This document shows positions 17,607 through 20,000 of a stretch of DNA of 20,000 bases, in pieces. Source of the stretch: an uncultured virus (IMG/VR IMGVR_UViG_3300013014_000028) (lineage: Duplodnaviria; Heunggongvirae; Uroviricota; Caudoviricetes); IMG/VR virus record IMGVR_UViG_3300013014_000028; one strand, 5' to 3'. Positions within the stretch are counted from its first letter, which is position 1; each line of letters begins with the position of its first letter. A model generated the notes under the pieces. It did no database searches and was not told the origin of the DNA. It saw nothing but the letters and a program-made list of their open reading frames with translations. A program made the position numbers and the translations under genes.

Positions 17607-18877
17607 CGCAAATTGTTATAAATAATATAATTGGGGCAACATATCCTGTTAATGTTTATGTCGCTGATGTCTACGGAAACAATAGGGTATTTTTGGTAAA
17701 TATACCATCAGGACCAGTACCACCATCATTATCGTATACAACATTACCTAGTATTTTTGATAGTGCTCCGGCGGTTATGATGATAGTTGTGGATGCTAAT
17801 AATTGTGAAAAATTTGAAATACTACCTTGTATTGTTGCATCACCAACACCTACACCAACCCCAACGGTTACCCCAACAAATACCCCAACTGTTACTCCAA
17901 CATCAGCAACCCCAACACAAACTCCAACAAATACTCAAACACCATCAATAACACCAACAAATACTCAAACCCCTACAAATACTCAAACACCTACAAATAC
18001 ACAAACCCCTACAAATACTCCTACTAAACCTAATGAAACACCAACACAAACGCCAACAAATACTCAAACTCCAACACCAACAAATACTAAAACTCCAACA
18101 AATACTCAAACTCCAACACCAACAAATACTCAAACTCCAACAAATACTCAAACTCCAACAAATACTCAAACTCCAACACCAACAAATACTCAAACTCCAA
18201 CAAATACTCAAACTCCAACACAAACTAATACTCAAACTCCAACCCCAACAATTACACCTTCACAAACACAACCACAATTCTTTGCTTATGTGTTCCCTGA
18301 GGCTCTTGATTCAACTTCACAAAACGACTTAGGTCAATATATGTTTGATTCTGGTGCTGGATGGTTTGGTTTTGGAAATACAGGCGTACCGGGAACGCTT
18401 GATTATTCTACTAATCTAAATTCATATGCTCATTTTAGTGGATTCTCAGGAAGTGTTGGAAACTTTATAACACCAGTATTAAGTTTGAAAAGTCCTATTA
18501 GACAATCATCAGGTTCAGGAACAGATTCGTATGGATGCACTCAATCACAATATACATTTGGAAGTATTCAGGTAACAACGTCTCAAGTTAATCCTAATGT
18601 TTATTATTTCTATACTGTTTGGATACCACTTAATGGTGTTGGAGGAACAATGAATAATATGACTTTAGATATTGGACTTGGTTCTCCATGTTCTACAAAT
18701 ATAATAAACGATGGTATACCTGATGGAACACTATCACAGATAAATGTTACGGTAACATCAGGGGCGGCAATTCCTGCAGGAACGTATAGAGTTTTGTGGA
18801 TGTATCCACAAATGCAGATTCCAACAGCATCACCTTTGAATCAGCCAATATTTATTAAAGGTGATACTAAAACATAA
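17603..18877 (+). CDS. Two-domain protein with a long Pro/Thr-rich linker (424 aa), putative virion appendage
   Basis: A ~76-aa N-domain, a ~146-aa PT/PTNTQT linker and a ~200-aa Gly/Ser/aromatic C-domain. ATGA overlap with the upstream gene. Confidence 0.72.
   Translation: MTQIVINNIIGATYPVNVYVADVYGNNRVFLVNIPSGPVPPSLSYTTLPSIFDSAPAVMMIVVDANNCEKFEILPCIVASPTPTPTPTVTPTNTPTVTPTSATPTQTPTNTQTPSITPTNTQTPTNTQTPTNTQTPTNTPTKPNETPTQTPTNTQTPTPTNTKTPTNTQTPTPTNTQTPTNTQTPTNTQTPTPTNTQTPTNTQTPTQTNTQTPTPTITPSQTQPQFFAYVFPEALDSTSQNDLGQYMFDSGAGWFGFGNTGVPGTLDYSTNLNSYAHFSGFSGSVGNFITPVLSLKSPIRQSSGSGTDSYGCTQSQYTFGSIQVTTSQVNPNVYYFYTVWIPLNGVGGTMNNMTLDIGLGSPCSTNIINDGIPDGTLSQINVTVTSGAAIPAGTYRVLWMYPQMQIPTASPLNQPIFIKGDTKT
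17840..18277 (+). repeat. Coding tandem repeat (PTNTQT / PT units; 18-nt unit CCAACAAATACTCAAACT)
   Basis: The core at 18053-18214 is eight copies of the 18-mer (one with CAA>AAA) plus three CCAACA inserts. Flanks are degenerate. Confidence 0.95.
18849..18855 (+). promoter_or_regulatory. TATTTAT motif inside the 3' end of the upstream gene, possible promoter element for the last ORF
   Basis: 44 nt upstream of ATG 18900. Weaker than the intergenic copies because it is intragenic. Confidence 0.3.
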
Positions 18878-18899
18878 AAAATTAAATTATAAAAATTAG

Positions 18900-20000
18900 A
18901 TGTCGTTTCCATACAAAAATCCAATATCTGCGGCTCAATTATCAGGACCTGAATCGGTTACGAGAAACATAACACAAGGTGTTGGGTTTTCAGTATTAAC
19001 CATCGGTGGTTATATGGAAGTATGGAGTATTTCTGATTTACGTCTAACTTTAACTGCGGCAACATACCCATCACAAATTCAGTATTCTGGTAATACAATA
19101 CCAATTAATTTCAATAAAGGAAGTGGTGCAATATTCTCACCTGATTATGTAACTCTTAATTCTGACAATATTTCTTCAGGAAGAAGAAGATTGGGTATGC
19201 AAGTGTATGTTCAAGAAACAGATACTGTATATCAATATACAATATCAAATTATGAGCAGTTATGGAATGGTTTATCAGGACTTACTGGTATTTCGGCGAT
19301 AACACAAACAGATTATCAAACAGTAGTTAATAACCGTTCTGCCGCAGGACGAGCATTTATAAGCGCTTGGACAGGGTCAACAGTTGAAGGTATTGATAAT
19401 GTAACACATCAAGATGCTAGATGGAGAATATTTTATGGTTCTGACGTTCAAATAACGGGAGGAACTTATTATTCTGGAATAACAACACTTGATTTATATA
19501 ATAGTACAGGAGGAACTGTATCTATTACAGGATTTACTGGTTTTGTAACAGGAGGAACGTACAATAACGTTTCAGGAACTTTAACACTAAATAATAGTGA
19601 TGGAAGTTCATTTCAAGTAACAGGATTTACATCAGGAGTTGCATCTCCACTAACTGTTAGTGACGGCACAACATCAGTTCCAAACGTAAGTGGACTAACA
19701 TTTAGTGGCGCAACGGTAATTAATAATGGTTCAGGTAATGTGACTGTTGTAATTACTGGAGTTACTTCAGGTAGTTCTGGTACTTCAGGTTCTAGTGGTT
19801 CATCAGGTTCTAGTGGTTCATCAGGAAGTTCTGGTACTTCAGGTTCTAGTGGAACCTCAGGTACGGATGGTAGCTCTGGTTCTTCAGGAACAAGCGGTAC
19901 AGACGGTAGTTCAGGTTCTAGTGGTACATCAGGAAGCTCTGGCTCATCTGGTTCTTCAGGAACAAGTGGTACGGATGGTAGTTCAGGTTCTAGTGGTACA
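18900..20000 (+). CDS. Putative tail fibre / collagen-like (Gly-X-Y) repeat protein, N-terminal 367 codons; 3'-truncated by the window
   Basis: Not in the ORF track because it has no stop in the window. Manual translation from ATG 18900 is open to base 20000: MSFPYKNPISAAQLSGPESV...SSGRRRLGMQVYVQETDTVYQY...ITGGTYYSG...VTGGTYNNV...GSSGTSGSS. Confidence 0.85.
   Translation, partial: MSFPYKNPISAAQLSGPESVTRNITQGVGFSVLTIGGYMEVWSISDLRLTLTAATYPSQIQYSGNTIPINFNKGSGAIFSPDYVTLNSDNISSGRRRLGMQVYVQETDTVYQYTISNYEQLWNGLSGLTGISAITQTDYQTVVNNRSAAGRAFISAWTGSTVEGIDNVTHQDARWRIFYGSDVQITGGTYYSGITTLDLYNSTGGTVSITGFTGFVTGGTYNNVSGTLTLNNSDGSSFQVTGFTSGVASPLTVSDGTTSVPNVSGLTFSGATVINNGSGNVTVVITGVTSGSSGTSGSSGSSGSSGSSGSSGTSGSSGTSGTDGSSGSSGTSGTDGSSGSSGTSGSSGSSGSSGTSGTDGSSGSSGT
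19770..20000 (+). repeat. Gly-X-Y coding repeat (GSS/GTS/GTD), at least 25 uninterrupted triplets
   Basis: Direct translation: Gly at every third residue, X/Y restricted to Ser, Thr and Asp. Continues past the window end. Confidence 0.95.

Larger units (their letters stand above)
1..20000 (+). mobile_element. Segment of a large myovirus-like bacteriophage genome (nucleotide metabolism / baseplate-tail module junction)
   Basis: Co-oriented, tightly packed genes include gp25-like, gp6-like and gp7/gpI-like baseplate proteins and fibre-like proteins, directly next to a ribonucleotide reductase. No host housekeeping context, integrase or att site is visible. Confidence 0.9.

Noticed and set aside
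18053..18214. Possible CRISPR array or iteron/origin repeats
   Set aside because: The units are directly adjacent with no unique spacers, all lengths are multiples of 3, and they lie in frame within a CDS.
17827..18332. Repetitive ORFs in other frames (YSNPYK, CWSLSI and QQILKL repeats)
   Set aside because: These are alternative-frame readouts of the 18-nt tandem repeat. Only the PT frame is continuous with flanking globular domains.
1..20000. Alternative genetic code (stop-codon reassignment, as in some large phages)
   Set aside because: Standard code 11 already gives near-complete coding density with ORFs up to 1602 aa. TAG (726) and TGA (17606) fall at sensible gene ends.

Overview
AT-rich, densely coding window with every credible gene on the + strand. 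It is best read as part of a large contractile-tailed (myovirus-like) phage genome. A Bacteroidota host is inferred from the absence of Shine-Dalgarno sites, an SprB-repeat gene and a DUF5522-like gene. The window opens with the 3' end of a class II (adenosylcobalamin-dependent) ribonucleotide reductase and a small Cys-rich gene. It then switches to a baseplate/tail module: gp25-like, gp6/baseplate-J-like, five poorly characterised structural genes, a gp7/P2-gpI-like wedge protein, an SprB-repeat protein, a Pro/Thr-linker protein, and the start of a Gly-Ser-Ser repeat fibre that runs off the window and is missing from the ORF track. The main unexplained signals are: (1) a colinear ~150-aa Cys-anchored C-terminal module shared by the gp7-like and SprB-repeat proteins; (2) two long membrane-like hydrophobic segments inside the 1602-aa protein, one with a translocator-like PFTGG hinge; (3) a TATTTAT motif at or just before the four larger gene gaps of the structural module; (4) two low-complexity stalks with opposite DNA-repeat behaviour. 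All family calls come from motif recognition by eye; no database searches were run.
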